From: an uncultured Verrucomicrobiae bacterium
GTDB lineage: Bacteria > Verrucomicrobiota > Verrucomicrobiia > Chthoniobacterales > JAFAMB01
Direction of reading: 5' to 3'
Length of the DNA stretch: 64,000 nucleotides
Assembly (NCBI GenBank): GCA_963762565.1
Contig: CAVXLD010000001.1
Location: 64,001 to 128,000 of the forward strand
The first letter of the stretch is position 1; each line of letters opens with the position of its first letter. Below, in pieces: positions 9,330 through 18,862 of this stretch. Under the pieces are notes generated by a model. That model did not search any database and was not told the origin of the DNA. It saw nothing but the letters and a program-made list of their open reading frames with translations. The position numbers were made by a program, and so were the translations under genes.

Positions 9330-10996
9330 TCACTGAGTTTTGCGCAGCGCCCGCAGGTTCTGACTGTTCTGATGCAGCATCACGGCAACCACCTTACCGC
9401 TCTTATCCCGTTCGAAATCCAATTGTGCATCCACAATCTTATAGAAGAACTTGTCCGCCGCGCTGGCGTAAATTGGAACAGCAGGTTGTCCCGTGACCTG
9501 TGCTTGAAGCTGGGCGTCCTTTACAGTGATATCCAGTAGGGCGCCGAATGAAAACTGATACTGGCCGACATAATCCTGCAACTTTGCCGGACTCAGCGCT
9601 GTTTCTTTCGGTTCAGGAGCTGCTCCAGTGATGCCAAGTTTCGGCAAGGTGTGATCACCATGCTGATGAATGACCATGCCGGCCACGGCTCCTTTGTCGT
9701 CACGTGTAAAACTGATGCGTATCAGGCCGACCCTGGCGAAGAATTCGTCATTGGCTGATGGAAAGATGGGGAACGCTTGTTCGCCGGTCCCCTGAGCGTA
9801 AAGCTGATTGCCGGTAAGGAATACCTTCACCTCAAGCTGGCCACCAAATTGATAGGTTCCCAGATATTCATTGAGAGCGGTGGCAGGCAGCTCGGTCGCT
9901 TTTTGCGCAGGCGCAAGAGGCGCATCGTCAAGCAGGCTAGCAAATCCCAAATCGTCCACATCAGTGGCCGTGTTAGTCAGAATAATCACCCCTTTGTGTC
10001 TATCCGCGGTGAACCCAAGGAAAGCTCGATAGCCGTCAGTGCCGCCGTTGTGCCAGGTAACCCCTTTACCGGTTGTAATCCAGGCTAGTCCCAGGCGCAT
10101 GTTGTCGGTCATTGCTCTGCGCGACTGTTGGGGTACTTCATCGCGGCCGTCAACGGAGTCTGATCAACGCCCAAATTGGCTTTCAAGTAGCGCAACATAT
10201 CGTTGGCGGTGCTACGAATTCCGCCGGCTCCGGCTAACACGTTCATTTCCCAATTCTTCGCGTCGACACCCATTTCGTCGTGGCCAAGCGCGAGGTGCGC
10301 CCGCATCGCTTTGGTAAACTCGGTCCCGCTCATGGTCATGCCCAGCGGTTGAAGAATCTTTTCGTTTACCAACTCCCAATAGGTTGTGTGCGCCGCTTGG
10401 GCGAGCGCGTAGCCGAGCAGCCCAAATGCTAGATTGGAATACTCGAATGATTCACCCGGATCACGCTCCAACTGATACCCCGCGAGGAAAGCCTTAAGTT
10501 TTTCCACGTTATAATCCGCATACGGATTAGCGGGATCTTTTGGCTTGAGGTTGGTAGGCATCCTGGGCAGCCCGGAGTATTGGGCGCCGATCTCTCCAAG
10601 AGTGATTTTCTTTCCGCTCCGTTCCGGGATTTTGAATTCGGGTAAAAGATCCGCGGCCGGCGTATTAAGCGTGAAAGTCTTGGAGAGTATGCCATCAGCT
10701 AGCAGCGTGGCGGTGAAGGTTTTGGTGATCGAACCGATCTCATACACGGTGTCGCCGTCCGGCGGCGTCCCATCGCTAAGCTTGCCAAAAGGGATGACTT
10801 CGCTTTTCCCATCAACTACGACTCCGAATATCAGCGTCTGATAGGTCCCGTCATCGGCCCGCTCCTGCGCGGCTTCCCTGACTCGTTCCGGTAGTAAGGC
10901 TGAATCCGCGAACGAAATGTTGGCCATGAGCTGTAGAAGTGCTAGTCCCAACCCGAAAGAAGCCAGTACCGAAAACAGACGCTGCTGCACGCGCAT
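9330..10996 (-). pseudogene. Serine hydrolase (beta-lactamase class C/AmpH-like) with two DUF3471-like C-terminal domains, frameshift near 10135
   Basis: Signal peptide, YEIGSITK (SxxK) and YSN in ORF 10109-10996; WHNGGT and repeated YxGxYQF domains in ORF 9330-10112. Confidence 0.85.
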
Positions 10997-11150
10997 AGAA
11001 ATTCAGATCTTAGCTCGATAAATCTGAAACGCATGCAGAACGCGTTTCTGTCGGTTGCGGATTGCCGGTTGAGCCCACTTGTATGTACTGCCCTTCAAGA
11101 AGACAAACGTTTCGTCTTGTCCTTCTCATATATGAGAATATTTTCCATAT

Positions 11151-11723
11151 ATGCAACAGGCGCCTCTCGAGCAATCGGCTACCGATACGCGCTTAGCCCG
11201 GCGATTACACCAACTTCGATTGGAACGTTCTTGGTCACTGGAGGATCTGGCTACAAAGAGCGGCGTCAGTCGGGCAACGCTTTCACGGATTGAAAATAAT
11301 GAAGTCAGCCCTACGGCTGCGGTGCTCGGCAGAGTGTGCGCAGCCTTCGAGCTCACCATCTCCAGATTGTTAGCTTATGTCGAATCAGACCTTCCGGCAT
11401 TAGTTCCGAGAGAGCAGCAACCCATCTGGATTGATCCTGAGACCGGTTTTCGGCGACGGTCGATCTCCCCGCCTTCGCCGGATTTCGAGTGTGAGTTTAT
11501 TCAGTGTGAATTGCCGGCTGGCGCTCAAATCGACTATCCCCTGGCGCCACGGCAAGGCTTGGAACACCACTTGTATTTAGACTCAGGAGCCTTGGAACTG
11601 ATCGTCGACGGATCGACTCATCGATTATCCGCAGGCGATTGCCTGCGTTACCGGTTACATGGGGCAAGCTCATTCAGGGTACTAAATCGACGTCCGGCTC
11701 GATACTTCCTGGTCATTCGATGA
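11151..11723 (+). CDS. XRE-family HTH/cupin transcriptional regulator
   Basis: WSLEDLATKSGVSRATLSRIE HTH; C-terminal cupin (LSAGDCLRY). Confidence 0.92.
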   Translation: MQQAPLEQSATDTRLARRLHQLRLERSWSLEDLATKSGVSRATLSRIENNEVSPTAAVLGRVCAAFELTISRLLAYVESDLPALVPREQQPIWIDPETGFRRRSISPPSPDFECEFIQCELPAGAQIDYPLAPRQGLEHHLYLDSGALELIVDGSTHRLSAGDCLRYRLHGASSFRVLNRRPARYFLVIR

Positions 11724-12313
11724 AGAAAACACCCACGAACCCAGTTCGGCCTTGCAAGCAAGGCGCGCTCCACGGAATCGAAATCTTCAGTCTCGATAGA
11801 GAGGGCCTAATACATCACTTGGCCCCCCTTGCCGAATTGCTGCACGCCTGCGTTCATGATGGCGCCAACGTTGGTTTCATCCTTCCATTCGATCTGGATC
11901 AAGCCCGCACCTTTTGGCTTCAGAAGATCGCGCTCGGGTTGGCTGCAAACACCCGCATTGTACTGGTGGCGAAGCTCGATAACCAAGTGGCAGGTACAGT
12001 CCAGTTAAACCTCGATACGCCACCCAATCAGCCTCACCGGGCGGATGTCTCCAAGCTTTTGGTGCATCCGAGTTATCGAATGCTTGGTGTCGGACGCGCT
12101 CTCATGCAGGAGATCGAATCGTACGGTGCGAATGCCGGACGCCGGCTTCTAACTTTGGATACGGCGACCGACATTGCCGAAACCCTTTATATCTCACTTG
12201 GATATGAACGCGCCGGTCACATTCCCGGTTATGCCCGCGAGCCAGACGAGGATCGGTTCGTTGGTACGACCATCATGTATAAAGTATTGGGAGGTAGGAA
12301 CGGAGCGGAGTGA
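11720..12313 (+). CDS. GNAT acetyltransferase (Ttr-like)
   Basis: ATGA overlap with upstream regulator; GTVQL..DTPPNQPHRADVSKLLVHP, LLTLDT motifs. Confidence 0.88.
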   Translation: MKKTPTNPVRPCKQGALHGIEIFSLDREGLIHHLAPLAELLHACVHDGANVGFILPFDLDQARTFWLQKIALGLAANTRIVLVAKLDNQVAGTVQLNLDTPPNQPHRADVSKLLVHPSYRMLGVGRALMQEIESYGANAGRRLLTLDTATDIAETLYISLGYERAGHIPGYAREPDEDRFVGTTIMYKVLGGRNGAE

Positions 12314-12560
12314 TGGAGTGATGGAGTGATGGAGTGTTGGAGTGTTGGAGTGTTGGAGTGTTGGAGTGTTGGAGTGATGGAGTGATGGAGTGATGGAGTG
12401 TTGGAGTGTTGGAGTGTTGGAGTGTTGGGGCGGCGAAAGTTAGGGAAGCCGGGATCTTGGCCGCTCGTAAGAATTCGTGGTCCTTCGCGTTGACTGATCC
12501 TCCGAATTGTAAGCACCGACAAACCGCTATACTCCATTACTCCATTACTCCATTACTCCG
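12302..12560. repeat. Inverted octamer arms (GGAGTG(A/T)T)n ... (TACTCCAT)n
   Basis: About 15 units at 12302-12427 including the GNAT stop codon; reverse arm 12529-12560. Confidence 0.92.
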
Positions 12561-12571
12561 GTTTCGAATGT

Positions 12572-13312
12572 ATGTTCAAAGATCATTTCTCGCAGTCTGC
12601 GGCAGGTTATGCCGCTTATCGTCCGACCTATCCAATCGAATTGGTGACCTTTCTGGCCGATACAGCGGGCCGAAATGAATTCGCATGGGACTGCGGCTGT
12701 GGTTCCGGGCAGCTATCGACCTTGCTAGCCGAAAGGTTTGCCCAGGTTACCGCGACGGATGCCAGTGCTAAACAAATCGCAAATGCGGCCCCTCACCCAC
12801 ATGTCCGTTATGCTTGCGTGCCGGCTGAAGCGAGTGGGCTAGGCGATCACGTCGCTGACCTGATTGTAGCCGCACAAGCAGCACATTGGTTTGATCTCCC
12901 TGCTTTTTATCGGGAGGTACGCCGGGTGGGACGTCCGGAAGCAGTCATCGCACTAGTGTCTTACGGGATCGTCAAAGTGGATGAAGAATTGGATCCCATC
13001 ATCGGACGATTTTATTGGGATGTGCTCGGACCCTATTGGCCACCGGAACGCAAACTTGTGGAAGAGGGCTACCGTTCACTCGATTTTCCATTCAGCGAAA
13101 TCCAAGCGCCGGATATGGCGATGAGCGCCGCTTGGCCGCTGCCGGATTTTCTCGGGTACCTGAGCACCTGGTCTTCTGTCACCGCTATGGAGCGTGCGAT
13201 CGGCCCGGAAGCACGTGAGCGGTTTAGCCAGGAACTGGGCGACGCCTGGGGCCCGGCGGAGCTGAAGCGCACGATTCGCTGGCCGATATCTTTGAGAGCA
13301 GGGATGGTTTAG
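12572..13312 (+). CDS. Class I SAM-dependent methyltransferase
   Basis: FKDHFS, YAAYRPTYP, WDCGCGSGQ, AQAAHWFD. Confidence 0.92.
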   Translation: MFKDHFSQSAAGYAAYRPTYPIELVTFLADTAGRNEFAWDCGCGSGQLSTLLAERFAQVTATDASAKQIANAAPHPHVRYACVPAEASGLGDHVADLIVAAQAAHWFDLPAFYREVRRVGRPEAVIALVSYGIVKVDEELDPIIGRFYWDVLGPYWPPERKLVEEGYRSLDFPFSEIQAPDMAMSAAWPLPDFLGYLSTWSSVTAMERAIGPEARERFSQELGDAWGPAELKRTIRWPISLRAGMV

Positions 13313-13314
13313 GC

Positions 13315-13597
13315 TGGAGTGGAGCCGCTTTAGAGCGCCCTTGAGCACCCGACGATAGTTTGTACAGCACATGTCTGGCCGAAACGTAAACCAATCAGGC
13401 GGCTCCCGGGAATGACCCAACGCCCGACTGTTCCATGACGCGGGCTCGATCCGTTACCCGACGAACCAGAACCGCTGGAACGAGATATTGTGTTGGGAAA
13501 TTCGCGGGAGCCGCCTGCCAGGATATCTTTCGGCTGGACTAATCCTGAGGTCAATACGTGAGATCCTCAGGTCAGCACCCAAAGCGGCTCCCCTCCA
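13315..13597. repeat. REPIN-like element, family C
   Basis: Outer IR tggagtggagccgcttt / aaagcggctcccctcca; inner IR caggcggctcccgggaat / attcgcgggagccgcctg. Confidence 0.8.
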
Positions 13598-13615
13598 TTT
13601 ACCAATCCCCTTCCC

Positions 13616-14467
13616 TTGAACATCCTATCCATCCAATCCAGCGTCGTTTACGGGCACGTCGGTAACAGTGCGGCGGTATTCCCTTTGCAACGACTAGGGG
13701 TCGAAGTCTGGCCGATTAATACCGTCCATTTTTCGAACCACACGGGATACGGCAGTTGGGGCGGCGGAGTGCTGCCGACACCTGTGGTTGAAGATATCGT
13801 ACGCGGTTTGACTGAGCGCGGTGTGCTACCGCTTTGCGACGGTCTGCTGAGCGGGTATATGGGAGACGTTACACTTGGGCGCGTTATCCTCGATTTAGTA
13901 CAGCAGGTCCGAGCAGTGAACCCGCCGGCCGCTTACTGCCTGGACCCCGTCATGGGCGACACTGATCGCGGCTTTTACGTGCGCCCAGGGATCAGCGAGT
14001 TGATGAGAGACGAGGCGCTCCCCTTAGCGACGGTTATCACACCGAACCAATTCGAGCTGGAGTTTTTGGTGGGTCATCCGGTGGTCGATCTTGAGTCGAC
14101 TCTTACCGCGGTTAAACGCCTTCGGGATCGTGGCCCCGCGGTCGTGTTGGTGACTAGTTTAACTCGCGAAGATAGCGATCCTAACATGATCGAGGTACTC
14201 GCTGCGGACGCTCAATCCGCTCACCTGATTGCTACTCCCCGGCTTCCTCTTGCAGTTAACGGAGCGGGTGACGCCACCGCAGCCATTTTCTTCGCCCATT
14301 GGCTGATGAGAAAACCGCTCAGTGAAGCGCTAGAGAGAACGGTGAACTCAATCTTCGCAGTTCTTGCGCTAACCGCAGAAAGAAACGCTAAGGAGATCCA
14401 ACTCATCGGAGCCCAAGATCAGATCGCCAATCCGCCGACGAGGTTTAAGGCGGTCAAGATCCCGTGA
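13616..14467 (+). CDS. pdxY: Pyridoxal kinase
   Basis: ILSIQSSVVYGHVGNSAAVFPLQRLG, FSNHTGY, LDPVMGD, TPNQFELE, NGAGD. Confidence 0.93.
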   Translation: MNILSIQSSVVYGHVGNSAAVFPLQRLGVEVWPINTVHFSNHTGYGSWGGGVLPTPVVEDIVRGLTERGVLPLCDGLLSGYMGDVTLGRVILDLVQQVRAVNPPAAYCLDPVMGDTDRGFYVRPGISELMRDEALPLATVITPNQFELEFLVGHPVVDLESTLTAVKRLRDRGPAVVLVTSLTREDSDPNMIEVLAADAQSAHLIATPRLPLAVNGAGDATAAIFFAHWLMRKPLSEALERTVNSIFAVLALTAERNAKEIQLIGAQDQIANPPTRFKAVKIP

Positions 14468-14470
14468 TGG

Positions 14471-14660
14471 AGGCGTTTGGCGTTTGGCGTTTGGCGTTTG
14501 GCGTTTGGCGTTTGGCGTGTGGCGTTTGGCGTGTGGCGTGTGGCGTGTGGGTGTGGCGTGTGGCGTGTGGCGTGTGGCGTGTGGCGTGTGGCTGTGGCTG
14601 TGGCGTGTGGCGTGTGGTGTGGCGTGTGGCGTGTGGCGTGTGGCGTGTGGGCGTGTGGGC
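14471..14660. repeat. (GGCGTTT)n grading into (GGCGTGT)n heptamer array
   Basis: About 27 units directly downstream of pdxY stop. Confidence 0.95.
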
Positions 14661-14956
14661 GATAGCGCCCGGAGGGGAGCCGCTTTGGCGCATGCCTAAA
14701 AACTCACGACCATTTGCTCTGTGATGACCGCAGCCGAGAAAGGTGCTCAACAGGCGGCTCCCGCGAACTGCCCAGCGCTGCGCAGTTCTGTCGGTCGCAT
14801 AGAAGACGAATCAATGAAGCCGTGGGTGAAACCTCGCGCTGGGTAACTCCCGGGAGCCGCTTGCTTTCGCGTTTTCAGGTCACGGTCGCGATATAACAAA
14901 GATCGGGAGGTCGCTAGGCGCGCGCCAAAGCGGCTCCCCTCCAGGCGTTATGGCCC
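14657..14956. repeat. REPIN-like element, family C (second copy)
   Basis: ggaggggagccgctttggcgc (14671-14691) / gcgccaaagcggctcccctcc (14922-14942), inner gcggctccc / gggagccgc pair. Confidence 0.82.
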
Positions 14957-14993
14957 GACTCGCCGCTTCGCCTATTCTCGGTAGAGTCTGATC

Positions 14994-15881
14994 ATGTCTG
15001 AGCAATTGAAGCGTTCCATTGTTATCACCGGCACTTCGTCCGGCATCGGCTACGCTGTGGCCAAAGTGCTGGCAGAACGCGGTTTTCAAGTGTTCGGTAG
15101 CGTTCGATCAGAGACAGACGCTAATCGTACGAGCCAGGAGCTTGGCCCCAATTTTTGCCCGTTGATCTTCGACGTAACGGACCAGCAAGCTGTCCGCAGA
15201 GCATCCGATTTGGTTTCCGAAAAAATCGGCCAGAATCACTTATACGCGTTGATTAATAATGCCGGGATCGAAATGGCCGGTCCGCTGGCTTATCTCCCTT
15301 TGGAAGGGTTTCGGCTCCAACTCGAAGTCAATCTGATCGGGGTGCTTTCTGTTACTCAAGCATTCTTACCATTGTTAGGCACTGAGCCCGGTCGGCTCGG
15401 ACGTCCGGGCCGGATCATCAACATCAGTTCGATGATGGGTCGCCTGGCCGTTCCCTTTATTGGCGCCTATTGTGCATCGAAATTCGGGCTCGAAGGTCTC
15501 TCAGATAGTCTTCGCCGCGAAATGAGGTTGTTTGGTATCGACGTCATTGTGGTCGAACCGGGAGCCGTGATAACGCCGATTTGGGATAAAGCTGAGGGGA
15601 AACTTTTGCATGACTATCCCAATACACCCTACCAGGATTCGCTCACAAAGTTTGTGGAGACTGCGATGAAATCTGGGGCTGAAGGCTTTCCACCGAGTAA
15701 AGTGGCTCAATTGATCGCCCGCATTTTATCGACCAAAAAACCAAAGGCTCGCTACACGCTGATACCCAAACACTTCGTTGAATTTACCATCCCACGCCTT
15801 TTACCGACGCGGACGCTTGATTATCTCATGGGCAAGTATCTTGGTATCGGCGCCGTCAGGGAGACGATACGTGAGAAGTGA
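14994..15881 (+). CDS. SDR family oxidoreductase
   Basis: VITGTSSGIG, LINNAG, YCASK (YxxxK), VVEPG. Confidence 0.93.
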   Translation: MSEQLKRSIVITGTSSGIGYAVAKVLAERGFQVFGSVRSETDANRTSQELGPNFCPLIFDVTDQQAVRRASDLVSEKIGQNHLYALINNAGIEMAGPLAYLPLEGFRLQLEVNLIGVLSVTQAFLPLLGTEPGRLGRPGRIINISSMMGRLAVPFIGAYCASKFGLEGLSDSLRREMRLFGIDVIVVEPGAVITPIWDKAEGKLLHDYPNTPYQDSLTKFVETAMKSGAEGFPPSKVAQLIARILSTKKPKARYTLIPKHFVEFTIPRLLPTRTLDYLMGKYLGIGAVRETIREK

Positions 15882-16052
15882 GAGGTGATTGGTGAGAAGT
15901 GATTGGTGGCCTACCCAATTGCGCAGTCGCCATCCAAGCGCTGGGATGGCGACTGCGCGCTGGACGTTTTCTATCGGGCCACATCGGACAGCACCGCTAC
16001 CGAGGGTGCGCCCAGACTCCCACTTCTCACTTCTCACTTCTCACTTCTCACT
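15872..16052. repeat. Inverted heptamer arms (GTGAGAA)n ... (CACTTCT)n
   Basis: Left arm contains the SDR stop codon; right arm 16021-16052. Confidence 0.88.
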
Positions 16053-16074
16053 CTATTCTCCGGTACTTTAATCA

Positions 16075-16530
16075 ATGATCCTCCGTCTTTTTTTCCCTCC
16101 CCTCGTGGCCGGTCTGATGGTGGTGGTAGCCAGTGGATGCTTTTCCTATGCGAAAGACTATCGCGATTACACCATGGCGGTTGGCGCTGCTTATCCCAAT
16201 GAGGCAAACCTCGCGCAGGAACGGGTAGACAAATATCTGGCGCGTTTGAGCCCTGAGAAGAGAGCACGAATCGAGCAACATGAATATATCGCGGTCGAAG
16301 CAACGGAAGTCTCGGTCGCCGAGGTGCCTGGACTGAGTGAGAAATTCGCCGGCCAAACCGGCGGTTTAACCGATCGCGCCAACCAAATGGCCAAATTCAT
16401 CATGATCTTTGACGCGAAGACCGGCAAGCCGGTGGCTAACGAAGGCTACATCATCGTCGATTATCCGGCGAGAGGGGAGCTTGGCGTTTTTGGCGGCTAT
16501 ACTGCAGTGTACATTGGAACCGGCAGATGA
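16075..16530 (+). CDS. Hypothetical exported protein (possible lipoprotein)
   Basis: Hydrophobic N-terminus ending VVASGC; paralogous to next gene. Confidence 0.75.
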   Translation: MILRLFFPPLVAGLMVVVASGCFSYAKDYRDYTMAVGAAYPNEANLAQERVDKYLARLSPEKRARIEQHEYIAVEATEVSVAEVPGLSEKFAGQTGGLTDRANQMAKFIMIFDAKTGKPVANEGYIIVDYPARGELGVFGGYTAVYIGTGR

Positions 16531-16994
16531 AACAGCTCACGATTTCTCTGGTACTCGGGTTTCTGGTCTTGTCGGCCGTCGCGACCCCGGCTAAGGCTGA
16601 AGAGAAAGACTACGGTGTCATGACTGCGAAGCCGTACCGGGCCGAGATTCAGCGGGGTCAACAACGTTTGGCGAAGTTTCTGTCGCGTTTGAACCCCAAA
16701 CGCAAAGCACTGCTGGATCAAACACCCTATGTCGCGGTCGAAGTTTATGTGCTGACTGCGGGAGAGGTTCCAGGACTTACCGAGCGTTTGGGCCTAGGGT
16801 CCGTCGGTTCGGGTCAGTTCTCCCAGGACATTCAGAGCGGTGCGAACGTTCAGGTGCAATTCCTTCTCATCTACGATTCGCGCACCCAAAAACTGGTCGG
16901 CGACGACGGCGTCCTGGTGACCGATACGCCGTCAAAGAACAAGGTCGGTCTTTTTGAAGGAACGCGTGCCGTCTACGTAGGGACCGGCTCGTGA
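16527..16994 (+). CDS. Hypothetical exported protein, paralog of upstream gene
   Basis: Signal peptide (AKA-EE); shared DYxxMxxxxxYxxE, YxAVE, EVPGLxE, AVYxGTG; ATGA overlap. Confidence 0.78.
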   Translation: MKQLTISLVLGFLVLSAVATPAKAEEKDYGVMTAKPYRAEIQRGQQRLAKFLSRLNPKRKALLDQTPYVAVEVYVLTAGEVPGLTERLGLGSVGSGQFSQDIQSGANVQVQFLLIYDSRTQKLVGDDGVLVTDTPSKNKVGLFEGTRAVYVGTGS

Positions 16995-17007
16995 GACGAG
17001 GTTCTCC

Positions 17008-17170
17008 GTTGGCGGTTGGCGGTTTGCGCTTGTTCAGCGGTAAAGATTCGCGATGGACCGTGGAGCGGATGGGACTTATGGGACAAATGGGACTTATGAG
17101 ACGATCTTTTTCGCAAGTGGATGATACGATTGCGAAAGCGCGAACTGCTAACGGCTAACTGCTAACTCCT
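17008..17170. repeat. Inverted heptamer arms (GCGGTT-type) enclosing an (ATGGGACNN) nonamer tract
   Basis: gttggcggttggcggtttgcg ... atgggacttatgggacaaatgggacttatg ... aactgctaacggctaactgctaac. Confidence 0.75.
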
Positions 17171-17892
17171 TAACGCAATAAGCCTCCCACGGCTTGGATT
17201 GGGATTAATGAACCGGCTCGGGTGACCCACACAGCAAGAGCGTCCGCCTTATCAGTCGGACAGGAAATGTCGGCTGCAAAATTTTCTCCGGACTGGCTGA
17301 GATCTGTTTTCACCAGATTCATCGCGATAAACTGATGGATCAGCGTCCGCCCCTGGTTCTCGCCTCGGGTAACACGCGAAGTTTCATTCATCTTTAGGGG
17401 AACGATCTCCACTGAGTAAGGTCCGCCAGATCGTGAAGGCGAATAGGTGATTTTAATTTCGTTGCCGGCCGTTAAAACGACCAGTTTGCCGGCATCAGGA
17501 TTCTCATTGCCTGGAAGCGCGCGACCCCACGCTTGCCATTCAGCACCGTTCAGGACAAATGCCGGTGTATAAACAGATCCAGATCCCCAATCTGCCGCAT
17601 AACGACGTTGGCGCTGGGTGTAATCCCGGCTCGAAAACGAGTCTTTCCAACCAAGGTTATCCCAGTAATCCACGTGAAAGGCCACCGGAACAACCATCTT
17701 CCATAGTGCCGGGTTTTGAGCCAAGGCGCCAAGCCAAGCTTCGGCGGGTGGACAACTGCTGCAGCCTTCCGACGTATAGAGTTCCAGTAGCGAAACCTGA
17801 GCCGGCCCGCTTTCGAACCGGGTAGAGGTCTGTCCCTGCAAGTTCATTTCGAGGCCAAGAATAGAGGCGGTCAGCAAAAGAAGCGTTCTCAC
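17170..17892 (-). CDS. DUF1223 thioredoxin-like secreted protein
   Basis: LLELYTSEGCSSCPPAE, FHVDYWD, VYTP, RGENQGRTL motifs. Confidence 0.9.
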   Translation of the reverse strand: MRTLLLLTASILGLEMNLQGQTSTRFESGPAQVSLLELYTSEGCSSCPPAEAWLGALAQNPALWKMVVPVAFHVDYWDNLGWKDSFSSRDYTQRQRRYAADWGSGSVYTPAFVLNGAEWQAWGRALPGNENPDAGKLVVLTAGNEIKITYSPSRSGGPYSVEIVPLKMNETSRVTRGENQGRTLIHQFIAMNLVKTDLSQSGENFAADISCPTDKADALAVWVTRAGSLIPIQAVGGLLR

Positions 17893-17935
17893 TGACCTGG
17901 ATGATGCGGGGACAGGTCTGGTTATTCCGGAAACC

Positions 17936-18146
17936 GTGGAGCGCTGCCTCGCTTGCGAGGCCGTGGTGAACAGTGAAGAACAGGGTGATAGGTGAAAAGT
18001 GAAAGGAATGCTACCAGCCAGCAGACAAATTCGGCGCTGTTGCCCTAAAAATCATTGACGCTAATGATTCCTCGTTAGGCCCACGATTTCACCTTTCACC
18101 TTTCACCCTGATCACCAACGGCCTCGCAAGCGAGGCAGCGCTCCAC
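17936..18146. repeat. REP doublet, family E, enclosing (GGTGAAA)/(TTTCACC) heptamer arms
   Basis: 29-bp perfect IR gtggagcgctgcctcgcttgcgaggccgt (GTGG foot plus hairpin). Confidence 0.85.
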
Positions 18147-18188
18147 TCTGTACTCCTTTTCTCATTTGCGGTAAATTTCCCCAAGTTT

Positions 18189-18713
18189 GTGGAAACTCTG
18201 CTGCTTTCGCCTATTACGATTGCTTTGGCCGCCGTTTTCGTACTGGGTTGCATACTCGTTTTGATCTGGGTATTCCGGGGTTCGGGTCGTCCGGCGGTTT
18301 ATTTGTCCGTTGTGGACAGCCTGCTCACGCCGGCGGAAAAGCTCTTTTACGAGCAGCTAGACCTGGTTATCGACGGCCGGCTACAAATTCTCTGCAAGGT
18401 GCGGCTGGCAGACTTGATCGAAGTCGAAAGCCGGCAACCGGAGGAACGAAACCGCGTTTTTCGCCGGATCTCTTCCAAGCATATCGACTTCGTCTTAGCT
18501 GAACCCGGCAATCTGACGCCTGTGCTGGCCATTGAACTCGACGACAGCTCTCACGACCGAGCTGATCGAAGAGAGCGCGACGAATACCTACAGGAATTGT
18601 TCGAGACGGTCCGGTTCCCTTTATTGCGAATCAAAGCTTCTGCTAGCTACAACCGAAGAGCATTAGTGGATGCTCTCGAACAATCGTTGAGACGCCGGTT
18701 CCAGCCCTATTAG
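18189..18713 (+). CDS. DUF2726 domain protein
   Basis: N-terminal TM; LLTPAEKLFY, KVRLADL, KHIDFVL, AIELDDSSH. Confidence 0.9.
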   Translation: METLLLSPITIALAAVFVLGCILVLIWVFRGSGRPAVYLSVVDSLLTPAEKLFYEQLDLVIDGRLQILCKVRLADLIEVESRQPEERNRVFRRISSKHIDFVLAEPGNLTPVLAIELDDSSHDRADRRERDEYLQELFETVRFPLLRIKASASYNRRALVDALEQSLRRRFQPY

Positions 18714-18862
18714 GTTGCGTTCGCAGTTCGCAGTTCGCGGTTAACGGTTCGCGCCGGGAGTGGAACGGATAGGATCCGCCTCCGCAAAGCCTACGGCGCG
18801 ACTGGCTCTATGGGACCAATGGGACCTATAGGACCCAACTGGTAACTGCTAACCGCTAACCA
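18714..18862. repeat. Inverted heptamer arms with nonamer tract and ~30-bp hairpin insert
   Basis: gttcgcagttcgcagttcgcgg ... tccgcctccgcaaagcctacggcgcgactgg ... atgggaccaatgggacc ... aactgctaaccgctaacc. Confidence 0.72.

Noticed and set aside
12229..12678. ORFs across the octamer array
   Set aside because: Repeat-derived low-complexity translation
14454..14750. ORFs with (AFGVWRL/ACGVWRV)n repeats, also 48734-49251 and 22857-23407
   Set aside because: Artefacts of stop-free heptamer arrays
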